Below are positions 16,213 to 29,270 of a stretch of 64,000 nucleotides of DNA, one piece after another; position 1 is the first letter of the stretch, and each line of letters opens with the position of its first letter. The notes under the pieces are model-generated. The model saw only the letters and a list, made by a program, of their open reading frames with translations. It was not told the DNA's origin and ran no database searches. Both the position numbers and the translations under genes were made by a program. Origin of the DNA: Gemmatimonadota bacterium (GTDB taxonomy: Bacteria > Gemmatimonadota > Gemmatimonadetes > Palauibacterales > Palauibacteraceae); assembly GCA_963666735.1 (NCBI GenBank), contig OY762926.1, forward strand, positions 1,888,001-1,952,000. Direction: 5' to 3'.

Positions 16213-18627
16213 CTATTCGCCGTACGGAACCCAGATGTTCTTGATCTGGGAGGCGTGACGGAGGAACTCGCGTCCCTCACCGCGGGGACCGAACCAGTCC
16301 CGCCCCCGAGCGACCGCCGTCCACGTGCGCTTCAGATTGGAGGCGGAGCGGCGCTCCACGTCGGCGGCCCCTTCTTCCGTCCCGAAGTACCACATCCCGT
16401 CCACCGCATCGTGGCCGGCGAGGGTGGGCCGCAGTTCCTCCTCGAGACCCGTGAGGATGTTGATGACGCCCGGCGGCACATCCGAGGTCTCGAGCACCTG
16501 ATAGAAGTCGGTGGCGAGGAGCGGCCAGCGTTCCGAGGCGACCGCGACGACGGAGTTCCCGAGGGCGACGGACGGAACCACGCTGGAGATGAAGCCGAGC
16601 AGCGCAGGTTCGGGCGGACAGATCACCGCCATCACGCCCAGCGGCTCGGGCATGGCCAGGGTCACGTTGCGGAAGGGCGTCCGGTGGACGGCCCCGTCCC
16701 ACTTGTCCGCCCACGCCGCGTAGGTGAAGAGGCGCCGCACCGACGCCTCCACCTCGCGCGCAGCCGCTTCCGCATCACAGCCGGTGAGCGCGCGCAGCCG
16801 GTCCTCGAACGCCGCCCGGCGGGCATCGAGATTCTCGCCCGCGTAGTACAGGATCTGCGCCCGCAGATGGGCCGTCGTGCCCGCCCAACTCGCGGCGAGT
16901 GCCGCCTCCACGGCGTTGCGGGCGTCCTTTCGGTTTCCGCGGGCCACTTCGCCCGCGGCGCGTCCCTGATGGTCGAGGACCTTCAGGCTGTACCCGCCAT
17001 CGGGCCGGGCCTGCCGGCCGCCGATGTAGAGTTTGGCCGTCCGGTCGACCGCCGGCCTCGCCGCGGGGCCGGCAGCACCCTCGCCGGAGTCCCCGCGGCC
17101 GCCGCCCTCCGAAGACACCGCGTCTTCCCCGGGGCCCGACTCCGCAGCCTCGGGGCGCCGGCGGACATACTCCCGGAGCCCTTCCCGGCCGCCCTCGCGG
17201 CCGAACCCGCTCTCGCGGTAGCCGCCGAACCCGGATGCGGCGTCGAACACGTTCGTGCAGTTGATCCACACCGTCCCGGCCTTGATCTGCGAGGCGATGT
17301 CGAGGGCGAGGTTCACGTTCTCGGTCCAGACGCTCGCCGCGAGGCCGTAGCGCGTGTTGTTCGCAAGCGCGACGGCCTCCGCGGGCGTGCGGAACGTCAT
17401 CTGAACGACCACGGGACCGAAGATCTCGACCTGGGCGATCTTCGCGGCCGGCGACACGCCGGTGCAGAGGGTCGGCGGGTAGAACCAACCGTCCTGCGGG
17501 ACGCTCCACGACGGCTGCCAGATCGTGGCCCCCTCCTCCCGTCCCTCCTCCACCAGCGACTCGATCTTCTGCAACTGGACGGGCGCGATGATCGCGCCGA
17601 TGTCGACGCCCTTGTCGAGCGGCGCCCCCATGCGAAGCGTCTCCATGCGGGCGCGCAGACGGTCGGCGAGCGCGTCGGCGATCCCTTCGTGGGCGAGGAT
17701 CCGCGAGCCGGCGCAGCACACCTGCCCCTGGTTGAACCAGATCGCGTCGACCACCCCCTCGACCACGCTGTCGAGGTCCGCGTCGTCGAAGACGAGGAAG
17801 GGCGATTTTCCACCGAGTTCGAGCGAGATCTTCTTGCCGGTCCCCGCCGTCGTCTCGCGGATGATGCGGCCGACCTCCGTCGAGCCCGTGAAGGCGATCT
17901 TGTCGACGTCCGGATGCTCGACGATCGCGGCGCCCGTGCGACCATCGCCGGTCACGATGTTCACGACGCCGGGCGGCAGATCGATCTCGCGGCAGAGTTC
18001 CGCGAACCGGAGCGCGGTCAGCGACGTGAACTCGGCGGGCTTGAGGACGACCGTGTTCCCGGTCGCGAGGGCGGGCGCAATCTTCCACGCCAGCATGAGC
18101 AGCGGGAAGTTCCAGGGGATGATCTGGCCCGCGACGCCCAGCGGCTCGCAGTCGGCGAACTCGGCGTCCATGAGCTGGGCCCAGCCGGCGTGGTGATAGA
18201 AGTGCCGCGCGACGAGCGGGATATCGATGTCGCGCGACTCGCGGATGGGCTTCCCGTTGTCGAGCGTCTCGAGCGTCGCGAAGAGCCGGGAGTGTTTCTG
18301 CAGGTGACGGGCGATCGCGTACAGGTAGCGCGCCCGCCCGTGTCCCCCGAGGTCGCCCCAGGCCGCCTGGGCCGCGCGCGCCGCCGCCACCGCGCGGTGC
18401 ACATCCACGGTGCAGCCCCGCGCGATCTCGCCCAGTTGCTCTTCGTTGCTCGGATCGAGGGTCGCGAAGAACTCGCCGTCCGCCGGTTCGCGCCAGGCGC
18501 CGCCGATGTAGTGCCCGAAGCGGGAACCCCGTGCCGCGATCCACGCCCGCGCCTCGTCCGCGGCCTCCGGGGCCGGGCCGTACTCCATCGTCTCGAACAG
18601 TTCCGCGATCTTCGGCATTCCCCTCAA
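16213..18627 (-). CDS. Two-domain aldehyde dehydrogenase (ALDH16-like)
   Basis: PWNFP, FTGSTEVG, LELGGKSP, GQVCCAG plus a second degenerate ALDH domain; adjacent to deoC. Confidence 0.9.
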   Translation of the reverse strand: MRGMPKIAELFETMEYGPAPEAADEARAWIAARGSRFGHYIGGAWREPADGEFFATLDPSNEEQLGEIARGCTVDVHRAVAAARAAQAAWGDLGGHGRARYLYAIARHLQKHSRLFATLETLDNGKPIRESRDIDIPLVARHFYHHAGWAQLMDAEFADCEPLGVAGQIIPWNFPLLMLAWKIAPALATGNTVVLKPAEFTSLTALRFAELCREIDLPPGVVNIVTGDGRTGAAIVEHPDVDKIAFTGSTEVGRIIRETTAGTGKKISLELGGKSPFLVFDDADLDSVVEGVVDAIWFNQGQVCCAGSRILAHEGIADALADRLRARMETLRMGAPLDKGVDIGAIIAPVQLQKIESLVEEGREEGATIWQPSWSVPQDGWFYPPTLCTGVSPAAKIAQVEIFGPVVVQMTFRTPAEAVALANNTRYGLAASVWTENVNLALDIASQIKAGTVWINCTNVFDAASGFGGYRESGFGREGGREGLREYVRRRPEAAESGPGEDAVSSEGGGRGDSGEGAAGPAARPAVDRTAKLYIGGRQARPDGGYSLKVLDHQGRAAGEVARGNRKDARNAVEAALAASWAGTTAHLRAQILYYAGENLDARRAAFEDRLRALTGCDAEAAAREVEASVRRLFTYAAWADKWDGAVHRTPFRNVTLAMPEPLGVMAVICPPEPALLGFISSVVPSVALGNSVVAVASERWPLLATDFYQVLETSDVPPGVINILTGLEEELRPTLAGHDAVDGMWYFGTEEGAADVERRSASNLKRTWTAVARGRDWFGPRGEGREFLRHASQIKNIWVPYGE

Positions 18628-18658
18628 CCCCCTCTCAACGCGACCCTCACCGCCGGTC

Positions 18659-19702
18659 TCATCCCAGCGGGTGCCGGTGGTGCGCGGAGTACCGCCCCGT
18701 CGCCCGGTGTTCCAACTGGCGTTCGATGTCCGCGAGCAGCGAACTCGCGCCGAAGCGGAACAGCGACCGGTCGAGCCATGCCCCGCCCAGTTCTTCCTTC
18801 ACGAGAATCAGCCACTCCAGCGCCTGCTTCGCCTTCCCTACTCCGCCGGCCGGCTTCAGCCCCACGTGGAAGCCGGAGAGTCGCCGGTAGGCCCGGATCG
18901 CGCGCGCCATCACGAGTCCGACGGGGAGCGTGGCGTTGACCTTCTCCTTGCCGGTCGAGGTCTTGATGAAGTCGGCTCCGGCCATCATGCAGGTCCAGCT
19001 CGCGCGGGCGACGTTGCGCAGGCTCCCGAGTTCACCGGTGGCCATGATCGTCTTCAGGTGCGCGTCGCCGCACGCCTCGCGGAAGGTGCGGACCTCGTCG
19101 TACAGCGCCTCCCAGTCGCCGGTGAGGGCGTGGCGGCGGGTGATGACGATGTCGATCTCGCGCGCCCCGGCCCCGACCGCCTCATGGATCTCCTCGACCC
19201 GCTGCGCGAACGGCGTGAGCCCGGCGGGGAAGCCGGCGGCGACCGCGCACACCGGGATGTCGTGGCCGGCGAGCGCCTCCACGACGGCGGGAACCATCGT
19301 CGGATACACACAGACGGAGGCCACGCACAGGCCGAGATCTTCCACCTCGAGCGCGCGGAGGAGGTCGGGACGCACGGGCTGGCGGGCCTTGGCGGCGAGG
19401 CGAGCCACCCGTCCCGGGGTGTCGTCGCCGGCGAGCGTCGTGAGGTCGATCATCGTCACGGCACGGAGGAGCCAGGCGGCCTGCCACTCCTTCTTGACGC
19501 TGCGGCGCTTCCCCAGCGTGGCGGCCCGGCGCTCGATCGCGCAGCGGTTCGCGGCCTGAGCCCGGATCAGGTCCAGGTCGAGCGGGATCCCCGCGTTACG
19601 CGCCCGCATCGGGACGATACCGGCACCCCCCACGATGCGGGCAGGAGGCCCGGACGACGTTGCGGGATTGAGCGAGACGCTCGGTTCCGGTGGCTTGGTC
19701 AT
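18659..19702 (-). CDS. deoC: Deoxyribose-phosphate aldolase
   Basis: IDLTTL, GAREIDIVI, GADFIKTSTGK, KPAGG, RFGASSLL; ATG at 19702 chosen. Confidence 0.92.
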   Translation of the reverse strand: MTKPPEPSVSLNPATSSGPPARIVGGAGIVPMRARNAGIPLDLDLIRAQAANRCAIERRAATLGKRRSVKKEWQAAWLLRAVTMIDLTTLAGDDTPGRVARLAAKARQPVRPDLLRALEVEDLGLCVASVCVYPTMVPAVVEALAGHDIPVCAVAAGFPAGLTPFAQRVEEIHEAVGAGAREIDIVITRRHALTGDWEALYDEVRTFREACGDAHLKTIMATGELGSLRNVARASWTCMMAGADFIKTSTGKEKVNATLPVGLVMARAIRAYRRLSGFHVGLKPAGGVGKAKQALEWLILVKEELGGAWLDRSLFRFGASSLLADIERQLEHRATGRYSAHHRHPLG

Positions 19703-19765
19703 GGCGAGAATATCGCGCACTCTCCTCACACTGGCGAGCGAACGCCTCCGGCGGGCATGAGCACA

Positions 19766-19794
19766 TTGCCTAGTGTCGCTAGACACTTTACACT
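19766..19794 (+). promoter_or_regulatory. higBA promoter with palindromic operator in spacer
   Basis: TTGCCT-17 bp-TACACT; spacer contains AGTGTC-GCTA-GACACT inverted repeat. Confidence 0.65.
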
Positions 19795-19800
19795 CCGTGG

Positions 19801-19838
19801 ATGATACGGAGTTTCCGGCATCGAGGGCTGCAGCGAAT
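19801..19838 (+). pseudogene. HigB (RelE-like) toxin remnant
   Basis: ATG at 19801 reads MIRSFRHRGLQR, the typical HigB N-terminus; sequence then runs into the higA RBS with the rest of the toxin missing. Confidence 0.7.
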
Positions 19839-19840
19839 GA

Positions 19841-22444
<2,604 letters not shown>

Positions 22445-22458
22445 GCGCAGGCCAGACG

Positions 22459-22497
22459 ACGTGGTGCGCTACGGCTCGATGTCGTAGCGCACCACGT
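22459..22497. repeat. 15-bp inverted repeat at katG / propeller convergence, recurring at cassette junctions
   Basis: ACGTGGTGCGCTACG-9 nt-CGTAGCGCACCACGT; related copies near 25939, 29256/31613, 42151 (half) and 45489. Confidence 0.85.
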
Positions 22498-23656
22498 ACG
22501 GGATGTCGAGCGCGTCCTTCTCCACGACCCAGATCTCGGCTTGGTTCGCAGACTCGACCACCGAGGAGGCGGAGAGCCGGACGCGGCCGATTCCCGCCCC
22601 TGACGCATCCAGGACAAACCACCATCTTTGGCCCTCATCATTGGGGCCGGCGAGCCATGTCGTTCCGTCACTGCCCGCCGTGAGATGCGTCACCGGTGGA
22701 AAATACTGGCGACGTTCGTAGAACTCCCGCAGGGCACCGGCGAAGGCCCGCCGGTCGACGATGCCGCCGCCGCCCGCCGCACCATAGATCTCGTTTTCGA
22801 AGAAGCCACTCGGGATCTGACGCGGCTCGTAGGCAAAGCGGCGATGAAACAACGTGTCGCCCCGAACATCGATTTTCGCGACCTCGAACTCGGCGGGGCC
22901 CCTGCCGAGCCAACTCTTCCGTCTGACGAGTACGGCCCCCGATCCATCGGGCGCGAAGGATATCATGTCGTCGTCCGGAAGCGGATGGGTCACGAAATCC
23001 CATGTGTCGCGCGGTAGTCCAGCCGTAATCTCGGCAGTCTGCCCCGCCACCGACCGCAGCGTCAAGGTGTCAAGCGTGGCGATGTCGGCATCGGAAACAA
23101 CCACCGGCGTCTCCGTGATGCCGCCCCGGGTGAGGCCCACTACGGACAGGACTTCGGATCCCGCCAGGCGACCGTCGGCCAGAACGGCCCTTGGCGCAAT
23201 TCTATCAATGTAATAGGTATCGGGAACGTCGACCCGGTACGGTATCGTCTCGGCCGCGCCGGTCTCCACATCTATTAATGTGAACCGCAAATTTCTGAAA
23301 TCGGCTACCCAGAGCCGCGACTCGTACCAGCCCATCGACGACGGCGAGACGAACTCGCCCGGTCCCTGGCCCCGGCCCCCGAAATCTCGGACGAAGTCAC
23401 CATCGCGCGTGAAGGCCCTGACTACTCCATCCTGAGACAGCAGCACGTACACACGATCCGAGTCCGCCAACACATCACGAACGACGGACAAGCCGTATCT
23501 CGGGTCGTCCGCGCTGCCAATCCCGACAACGCTCGTGAGCGACCACTCACGGATTCCATCGAGCGCTTGTCCAGAAAGTCGAGCGGAGCCACTCGCAACC
23601 GCTGCTGCCCAAAAGAGGACTTGGATTGCGTGCGAACTGCGTCTTTTCATCCGCAC
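22469..23656 (-). CDS. Secreted beta-propeller-like protein (module A1)
   Basis: Signal peptide, NHL-like G-GQGPGEF motif, C-terminal DALDIPYVVRYDIEP; paralogous to 31613 and 33606 genes. Confidence 0.75.
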   Translation of the reverse strand: MRMKRRSSHAIQVLFWAAAVASGSARLSGQALDGIREWSLTSVVGIGSADDPRYGLSVVRDVLADSDRVYVLLSQDGVVRAFTRDGDFVRDFGGRGQGPGEFVSPSSMGWYESRLWVADFRNLRFTLIDVETGAAETIPYRVDVPDTYYIDRIAPRAVLADGRLAGSEVLSVVGLTRGGITETPVVVSDADIATLDTLTLRSVAGQTAEITAGLPRDTWDFVTHPLPDDDMISFAPDGSGAVLVRRKSWLGRGPAEFEVAKIDVRGDTLFHRRFAYEPRQIPSGFFENEIYGAAGGGGIVDRRAFAGALREFYERRQYFPPVTHLTAGSDGTTWLAGPNDEGQRWWFVLDASGAGIGRVRLSASSVVESANQAEIWVVEKDALDIPYVVRYDIEP

Positions 23657-23659
23657 GCC

Positions 23660-24133
23660 TTACAGCCGCAACCGCGAGGTGGCGGCGCGAATCCGGCTCT
23701 CGGCGGCTGGCGAATACCACTTCGAGATGATCCCACCATCGCATGACCGACTGGTTTCCGTCGCGCTCCCCGTTGGTGCTGGAGAACTCACGAAGTACGC
23801 GAACCCAGCCAACAGCGGGACCGCTTGCCTCAGCGCCGCCGAGCCGGGAAGCTCCCCCGACGCTGGCGGAGAAACGCGCCCATCGTGCATGACGAAGAAG
23901 ATGCACAACCCGGAGAGGCGGCAGTACCCGCACCTGGGTGTTGAGCAATGATCGGCGAAACCGATCGGTCCATCCGCGGAGCAGTACATGCACCCGTCCT
24001 CCGCCTTGAAACAGGTCCAGCACGGACCTTCTCCTTCCTGTGCAACTTCCTGTGCGACGGCGGATTCCGTGGCCGCCATGCACGTCAGGATGGCGAGACC
24101 GAGGCCGAACATGAGAAGTCGTGCGCTCTTCAT
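23660..24133 (-). CDS. Secreted 8-Cys protein with conserved C-terminal domain (module A1)
   Basis: Signal peptide ending AVAQ; CWTC..CMYC..CSTPRCGYC..C; VMHDGR; RSCDGGII; ATGA overlap with upstream gene. Confidence 0.8.
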   Translation of the reverse strand: MKSARLLMFGLGLAILTCMAATESAVAQEVAQEGEGPCWTCFKAEDGCMYCSADGPIGFADHCSTPRCGYCRLSGLCIFFVMHDGRVSPPASGELPGSAALRQAVPLLAGFAYFVSSPAPTGSATETSRSCDGGIISKWYSPAAESRIRAATSRLRL

Positions 24134-25215
24134 CGTCCTCCTCCTTTGCTTCCACTCGAGTTTGGGACGGTTTCCCAAGAGTACTTCACGAGTTCGATGC
24201 GGTTCAACGTGCGTATCGCGAGGAGTACGGGGGCGTCCGCAGCGCTGGCAACGAGTCCGAACGGAGCATCGACGGCCGTGTACCTGAGGAAGCGCCCAGC
24301 GGGGTCGAACCAGAGTAAGAGCCGTTGGTCGGTGCCGCGGTGTGCCAGGGTCTGGACGTATCCGGGCCCGACCGCGACAACGGAAGTCGCGCTCCAGATG
24401 CCGGTATCGAAGCGCAAGGAACGGGTGGCATCGTCAGCGAACCAGTCCGCGTCGACTTGCTGCAACGCCAAGGGCACCCACTTCGTGCGGGTGCCGAGGC
24501 GCCATGCCCGGAAGGGGCTGAAGCTCTGCCATACCAGCACCTCATTATCCCCGGATGCCAGCGAGATGGCCCTTGTGTACGTCGAGTCGGGCGTCCAATG
24601 GCCTCGGCTGGCTGGGAGTCGGAGGTTAGGTGGCGAGGAATCGGGGAACGCCAGGAACCACCCGGTCCCGGTTCGCGCCGCCCCGCCGGCATCCCGCACG
24701 GCCGGCAAGCTCCGCCGGGCAATGAGGTTCCCGTCCGTGTCGGCGACGACCAGATCACCGCTTGCGGCGTCGACGATTTCCAGCTTGGCCTCGTCGAGGA
24801 ACCCGACGCCGACTGCTTGTCCGACTTCATCCGGGAGGATGTCCGTCGCGACAGCGCCGCGGTACACGCGAACACCCGGCTCGCCGTGGAACCAGGCGAC
24901 GATCAGTTCCCCCGACGGTGACGGGACCGCTCCCCGTAGCAGTCTCCCCTGCGGTATCGCGACGCTCGCCTGCTCCGTCAACTCGACTGAGGCGTTCGAC
25001 CGCTGAGGAGATGTTGACTGTCCGAATTGCATCGCCGGCGGCATCGGTTCGTTTCGGATCGAATCCGCATAAGATCCGGCGGGATGGGAGAGGAGCAGAA
25101 CGGGAAGCGCAAGGCGGACGCGACCGACCCGGCTGCCCGGCGGGCGTTCCCGGGCATGTCGCCGACAACGGCGAATGTATGAGGCGTTCCAAACTGCGTG
25201 TTCGATTCCCCACAT
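24130..25215 (-). CDS. Putative exported protein/lipoprotein (module A1), start uncertain
   Basis: Clear paralogue of the 36558-39177 gene ([43 protein letters not shown]). Confidence 0.65.
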   Translation of the reverse strand: MWGIEHAVWNASYIRRCRRHARERPPGSRVGRVRLALPVLLLSHPAGSYADSIRNEPMPPAMQFGQSTSPQRSNASVELTEQASVAIPQGRLLRGAVPSPSGELIVAWFHGEPGVRVYRGAVATDILPDEVGQAVGVGFLDEAKLEIVDAASGDLVVADTDGNLIARRSLPAVRDAGGAARTGTGWFLAFPDSSPPNLRLPASRGHWTPDSTYTRAISLASGDNEVLVWQSFSPFRAWRLGTRTKWVPLALQQVDADWFADDATRSLRFDTGIWSATSVVAVGPGYVQTLAHRGTDQRLLLWFDPAGRFLRYTAVDAPFGLVASAADAPVLLAIRTLNRIELVKYSWETVPNSSGSKGGGR

Positions 25216-25343
25216 CGAAACTGCTCGTCATGTCAAGAAAAACAAAGCCGACTCGACCCCTCCATCCTACCCCCCCCCCTAAGCCGGCCGTCAACCCCTT
25301 TGACGCCGTGGAAGCCGGCGGCGGGCGAGGCTCGATGGCTCCC

Positions 25344-25922
25344 TGCGCGGCGGCCATTGAACGGGCTGCGCGCGCTGCCGGGCACGACGTGCAGGTGCCG
25401 TTCGCGCCGGGGCGGACGGATGCATCGGAGGAGTGGACGGACGCGGAGTCGTTCGTCGTCCTCGAACCCGTCGCCGACGGGTTCCGCAACTACGCGAAGG
25501 CCGGGAACAACGGCTCGGCGGCCGAGCGTCTCGTGGAGAAGGCATGCCTGCTCACGCTGACCGCGCCCGAGTTGACGGCGCTCGTCGGCGGCATGCGCGT
25601 CCTCGACGCGAACACCGGGCAGTCCGCGCACGGCGTGTTCACGGACCGGCCGGGCGCGCTGACGAACGACTTCTTCGTGAACCTGCTCGACATGAGCACG
25701 GAGTGGCGGGCGGCCTCCGATGGCGCCTTCGAGGGCCGGGACGCGGCCTCCGGCGACGCCAGGTGGACCACCACCGAGGTGGACCTGGTGTTCGGTTCGA
25801 ACTCCGAACTCCGGGCCCTCGCGGAGGTGTACGCGTGCGGCGACGGGCAGGCGGCGTTCGTACGCGACTTCGTGGCGGCCTGGAACAAGGTGATGAACCT
25901 CGACCGGTACGACCTGACCTGA
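25344..25922 (+). pseudogene. katG: katG 3' fragment (copy 2)
   Basis: Highly similar to the katG C-terminal coding region through RYDLT-stop, with several substitutions; no 5' part. Confidence 0.9.
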
Positions 25923-26013
25923 TCGCGGAGCGGACGGCGTGGTGCGCTACGGCTCGATGTCGTAGCGCACCAGGTAGGGGATGTCGAGCACGCGACCTTC
26001 GATCACGAGGACC

Positions 26014-27204
26014 TCAGAGCCCCTCGATATCGAGCGCTACGATGGAGGATTCTTCGAAGCTGCCGGTGTGGAGGGTCCAGACCCTGCGCCCTCTCGCTTC
26101 CAGTAGTCGGTGATCTTCGGGAAGGCGGATCGAGCCGAGGAATTGTCCGGAGGAGAGAAATACGTCATGTATGGCTCCCGGGGCCCCGTGTGGGCCGGAT
26201 GCACCGGGGGCGGGGCGGTCCCGCTGGACCCAGATCCGTCCATCCGCATCGACGAAGATCCGGGAGATGATCGCCGGTTCCGGGGGCTCGCCGATTTCGC
26301 GAAGGGCGGCCTGCCACGCCTCGGGCATTCGCTCATCCGCCTCGCCACCCCGCTCGGCAGGCGAGAGCGGGAGGGCTTCAGCGGGATGACAGAACCGCAC
26401 GCGCATTGTGTCATCCCGGTCGGAGACCGTCAGTTCGTACCGTCCATCCGGGTGCGAGACGACCCAGGTCTCCGCGCCCACTCCCACCAATGACCGTGGC
26501 CATGCGGGCAGGATCGTACGCTCCAGGACTCTGGCGCCGGACCGGGTGACCGTATCGTTCACAGGACTGGCGGGAGACCAGCGGACGAAGGACCGCTCCT
26601 CCCAACCATCCTCGATGGGGCCGGGGAACTCCAGCCATACGGTGTGATCCGGCTGTAGCGCCACGAACGTGACCTCGCCGGATGCGAATACCGGTGACAG
26701 GAACGCCGCATCCACCGCCGTGACGGTGGCCGAGCGAGAATCGAGATCCAGTGTGGTCAGCCGAAACGCCCCGAAGTCCAGCACGAGGAGCGTGTTGGCA
26801 TCTTCCCAGGTCACCGCGGCGGGTGCCTGGACCTCACCGGGGCCTTCACCGCGGGTCATGACCGGCCCCAGCCAATCTCCATCGGGGTTGAGCAGAATGA
26901 CTTCGGCGAGGCCCCAGTCCGCGATGGCCACCGATCCGTCCGGGCTTACGGCGACGTCAGCCGGGAAGATCAGTTCTTCCGCTTCCTCGGAGCCTCCGAC
27001 ACGCCACACTTCACGCCAGGAGAGCTCCGCCGGCCACTCGCCGACGCGCGTGTTCCTTACAACCCGACCATCGGTGTCGGTGACCTCGCACGCGGTGGAT
27101 GCGGGTCGGTCACAAGCGGCGATGGTCGCGGCCAGCAGCAACGTCACAGTCCGGGATCGCAGGGCCATGTGGTGACACTGACCGGCCGACGGGCTCACGG
27201 TCAA
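26014..27204 (-). CDS. Beta-propeller-like lipoprotein
   Basis: Lipobox-like LLLAATIAAC, GEGPGEV, IFVDADGRIWV; overlaps the stop of the upstream propeller gene. Confidence 0.7.
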   Translation of the reverse strand: MTVSPSAGQCHHMALRSRTVTLLLAATIAACDRPASTACEVTDTDGRVVRNTRVGEWPAELSWREVWRVGGSEEAEELIFPADVAVSPDGSVAIADWGLAEVILLNPDGDWLGPVMTRGEGPGEVQAPAAVTWEDANTLLVLDFGAFRLTTLDLDSRSATVTAVDAAFLSPVFASGEVTFVALQPDHTVWLEFPGPIEDGWEERSFVRWSPASPVNDTVTRSGARVLERTILPAWPRSLVGVGAETWVVSHPDGRYELTVSDRDDTMRVRFCHPAEALPLSPAERGGEADERMPEAWQAALREIGEPPEPAIISRIFVDADGRIWVQRDRPAPGASGPHGAPGAIHDVFLSSGQFLGSIRLPEDHRLLEARGRRVWTLHTGSFEESSIVALDIEGL

Positions 27205-28340
27205 CCGGGATCCTCCTCCCGAAAGCTGAGCTTTGCGATGCGCCAGGGCGGGAAACGGGTGTCCTGAAGGACATAAAGATGCCTCCCCCCGCCCAGGACC
27301 CGTGAGTTTTCCGGTAGGGGCACGTCCTCGTACAGTTTGCGGCCGGTGTCACGGTCGTAGATGTCGAGGGAAGCATGATACGCGCCGAAGGCCCCCCCGG
27401 ATCTCGGGGAACGGAAACGGCCGTGTACTACTGCGAGATAGGAACCAACCACAGCGATGTGCGAGATCGTGCTGCGCCCCCCAAGCAACTCTGGTATTTG
27501 GGTGCCGTACCCGCCGGGCCCGAACGCACCGGACTCGAACACGGGAACCGGCTCGAACGTCGGGGGTGGAACACCGAATTCACCGATCGAATCGCCTGTC
27601 GCGTTCAGGATCGCGACAGGATAGCGGAGAGAGAATGCCATGTAGATGGAGTCGCCCGCCACGTCGAACGAGAAGCGTGCGATCGAATTCCAGTAGGGTC
27701 TCTCCGCAGGAAGAAACGGCCACGTGTACGAACTCCACACCACCTCGTTCTCCCTGAGGCGATGCAGCATCAGGGGGCGACGATGGAAACGCGAGAGGTC
27801 GTCAGCCCCACCCGATACGCCGCCGAGTCTCATATCCAACAGGAGGTCGTCGCCGATGGCCTTCGCACGCCAGGGAATCCCGGGTAACGAAACCGTGGTG
27901 TCCGCCAGCAGCTCACCGGTCAACCAAGTCAATCGGGTCTGACGGCTATCGAGCACGGCGACCCGGCCCGAGCCTGTTTCCGCCAAGCCATCGATGCCCT
28001 GGAACTCGAAGGGGCCCACTCCGAATCGTCCGAAAGCTGCCTCGAGCCGACCGTGCTCGTCGTAGCTCCGGACCTTGGGGAGCTGCCCGTCACTCAAGAG
28101 GAAGCCCCTGTTAGCACGCTCCTGAAAAATGCCAGGCACGGCGATCGAGTCCTCCGGACTCTCTTCCAGCACGATGACCGTGTCGGTATCGAACGCAACG
28201 TCCAGTGCGATCCCGGCTAATGGTTCCGCAGGATCGGGCGCGATGTCGCATGCTACAATAGCCAGCACCGTCACGAACGGGGCGGTAGAAACCCGCCACC
28301 GCCGCCGCCTGAGACCCGTCAAGATCCTATTGAATGACAA
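27201..28340 (-). CDS. Beta-propeller-like lipoprotein (module B1)
   Basis: LAIVAC lipobox-like, GRFGVGPFEF; paralogue of 42215-43309; start uncertain. Confidence 0.7.
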   Translation of the reverse strand: MSFNRILTGLRRRRWRVSTAPFVTVLAIVACDIAPDPAEPLAGIALDVAFDTDTVIVLEESPEDSIAVPGIFQERANRGFLLSDGQLPKVRSYDEHGRLEAAFGRFGVGPFEFQGIDGLAETGSGRVAVLDSRQTRLTWLTGELLADTTVSLPGIPWRAKAIGDDLLLDMRLGGVSGGADDLSRFHRRPLMLHRLRENEVVWSSYTWPFLPAERPYWNSIARFSFDVAGDSIYMAFSLRYPVAILNATGDSIGEFGVPPPTFEPVPVFESGAFGPGGYGTQIPELLGGRSTISHIAVVGSYLAVVHGRFRSPRSGGAFGAYHASLDIYDRDTGRKLYEDVPLPENSRVLGGGRHLYVLQDTRFPPWRIAKLSFREEDPG

Positions 28341-28441
28341 TGACGTAGCGCCATCGGACGCACGGTCTTGGATGCGATTCCGAAGGTAAAGAGCACCGCC
28401 AGCACGGTGGCGATACGGGTCAATTGTGCGAACCGGTCCAT
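28319..28441 (-). pseudogene. Core-deleted homologue of the 6-Cys secreted peptide (module B1)
   Basis: MDRFAQLTRIATVLAVLFTFGIASKTVRPMAL matches the leader of 43326-43583; core absent; out-of-frame VIVIQ-stop matches the EIVVR-stop tail. Confidence 0.75.
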
Positions 28442-28453
28442 TTTCTCCCTCCT

Positions 28454-28915
28454 TTAGGGATTCACGAGTTGACTACGAATGAGGCCGGTCGTGAGAGTTC
28501 CACGCAGAACGCCCACCTGAGCCTCGAAGTTCCAACCACAATCGGAGGCGGCGTTTCTGGAATCGGCCATCAATACGACTCCGGTGCGATCGACGAGAAG
28601 CTTCGTGCTCGGGAGAAGTGGCCCGAGGGCGGCCTCCAGGTCTTGTCGCGATGCGGCGGTGAACGTCGTGCCACGCAACGCCCGTCGCGCATCCTGAGAC
28701 ACGTCGTCGTCACCAACCACCACGACATGGCGCTTCAACGCGTATCGTCCCCAAGAGCATTCCATACGGCCGACCTGCCACTCAAGCAGGTTCGGCACCG
28801 TGCGACATCAACGATCCAAACCAGGTGTGCCTCCGCAGGATCCGGTTCTTCGAGTCCGAGCCACGACAGGGACGCCGAGGTGCCGACCAGACGGTCCCGG
28901 ACGTTCGTCCGCCAC
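28454..28915 (-). pseudogene. Frameshifted, 5'-truncated CxxC thioredoxin-like gene (module B1)
   Basis: VRDRLVG...WIVDVARCRTCLSG in one frame, RHVVV...CGWNFEAQVG in another; paralogue of 43608-44204. Confidence 0.8.
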
Positions 28916-28949
28916 CGTGCCTCCACGGGCTCGGCCGGTGCCACCGTCG

Positions 28950-29215
28950 CCAGAATGGCGATGGCGAAGCAACGAACCCGAATGGCGCCTCGACAGCGAC
29001 ATATCGCACGAATCAGCTCTGCTCGTCGAACCAGAGGAGAATGCGGTCGTCAGTGCCGCGATTTGCCAGCGTCCCGACGTAGCCGGATCCGATCGAGACG
29101 ACGGAAGTTACGCTCCAGATCGCCCGACTCGCACGCAAAGCATCGGCGATGTTCCGCCGAACCAGTCGGCCGACACACGCTCGAACTCCAGGGGCACCCA
29201 GTCGCGGCCCGCTTT
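28950..29215 (-). pseudogene. Fragment of module A lipoprotein gene
   Basis: WVPLEFERVSADWF and RYVAVEAPFGFVAS in shifting frames match the C-terminal third of 24130-25215. Confidence 0.65.
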
Positions 29216-29223
29216 CTCCTCAT

Positions 29224-29270
29224 CCGTACCATCTCACCTGATCGCAGGCCAGACGACGTGGTGCGCTAGG
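29224..29270 (+). repeat. Minimal katG tail plus hairpin left arm (copy 3)
   Basis: CCGTACCATCTCACCTGATCGCAGGCCAGACGACGTGGTGCGCTA aligns with 22426-22471. Confidence 0.75.
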
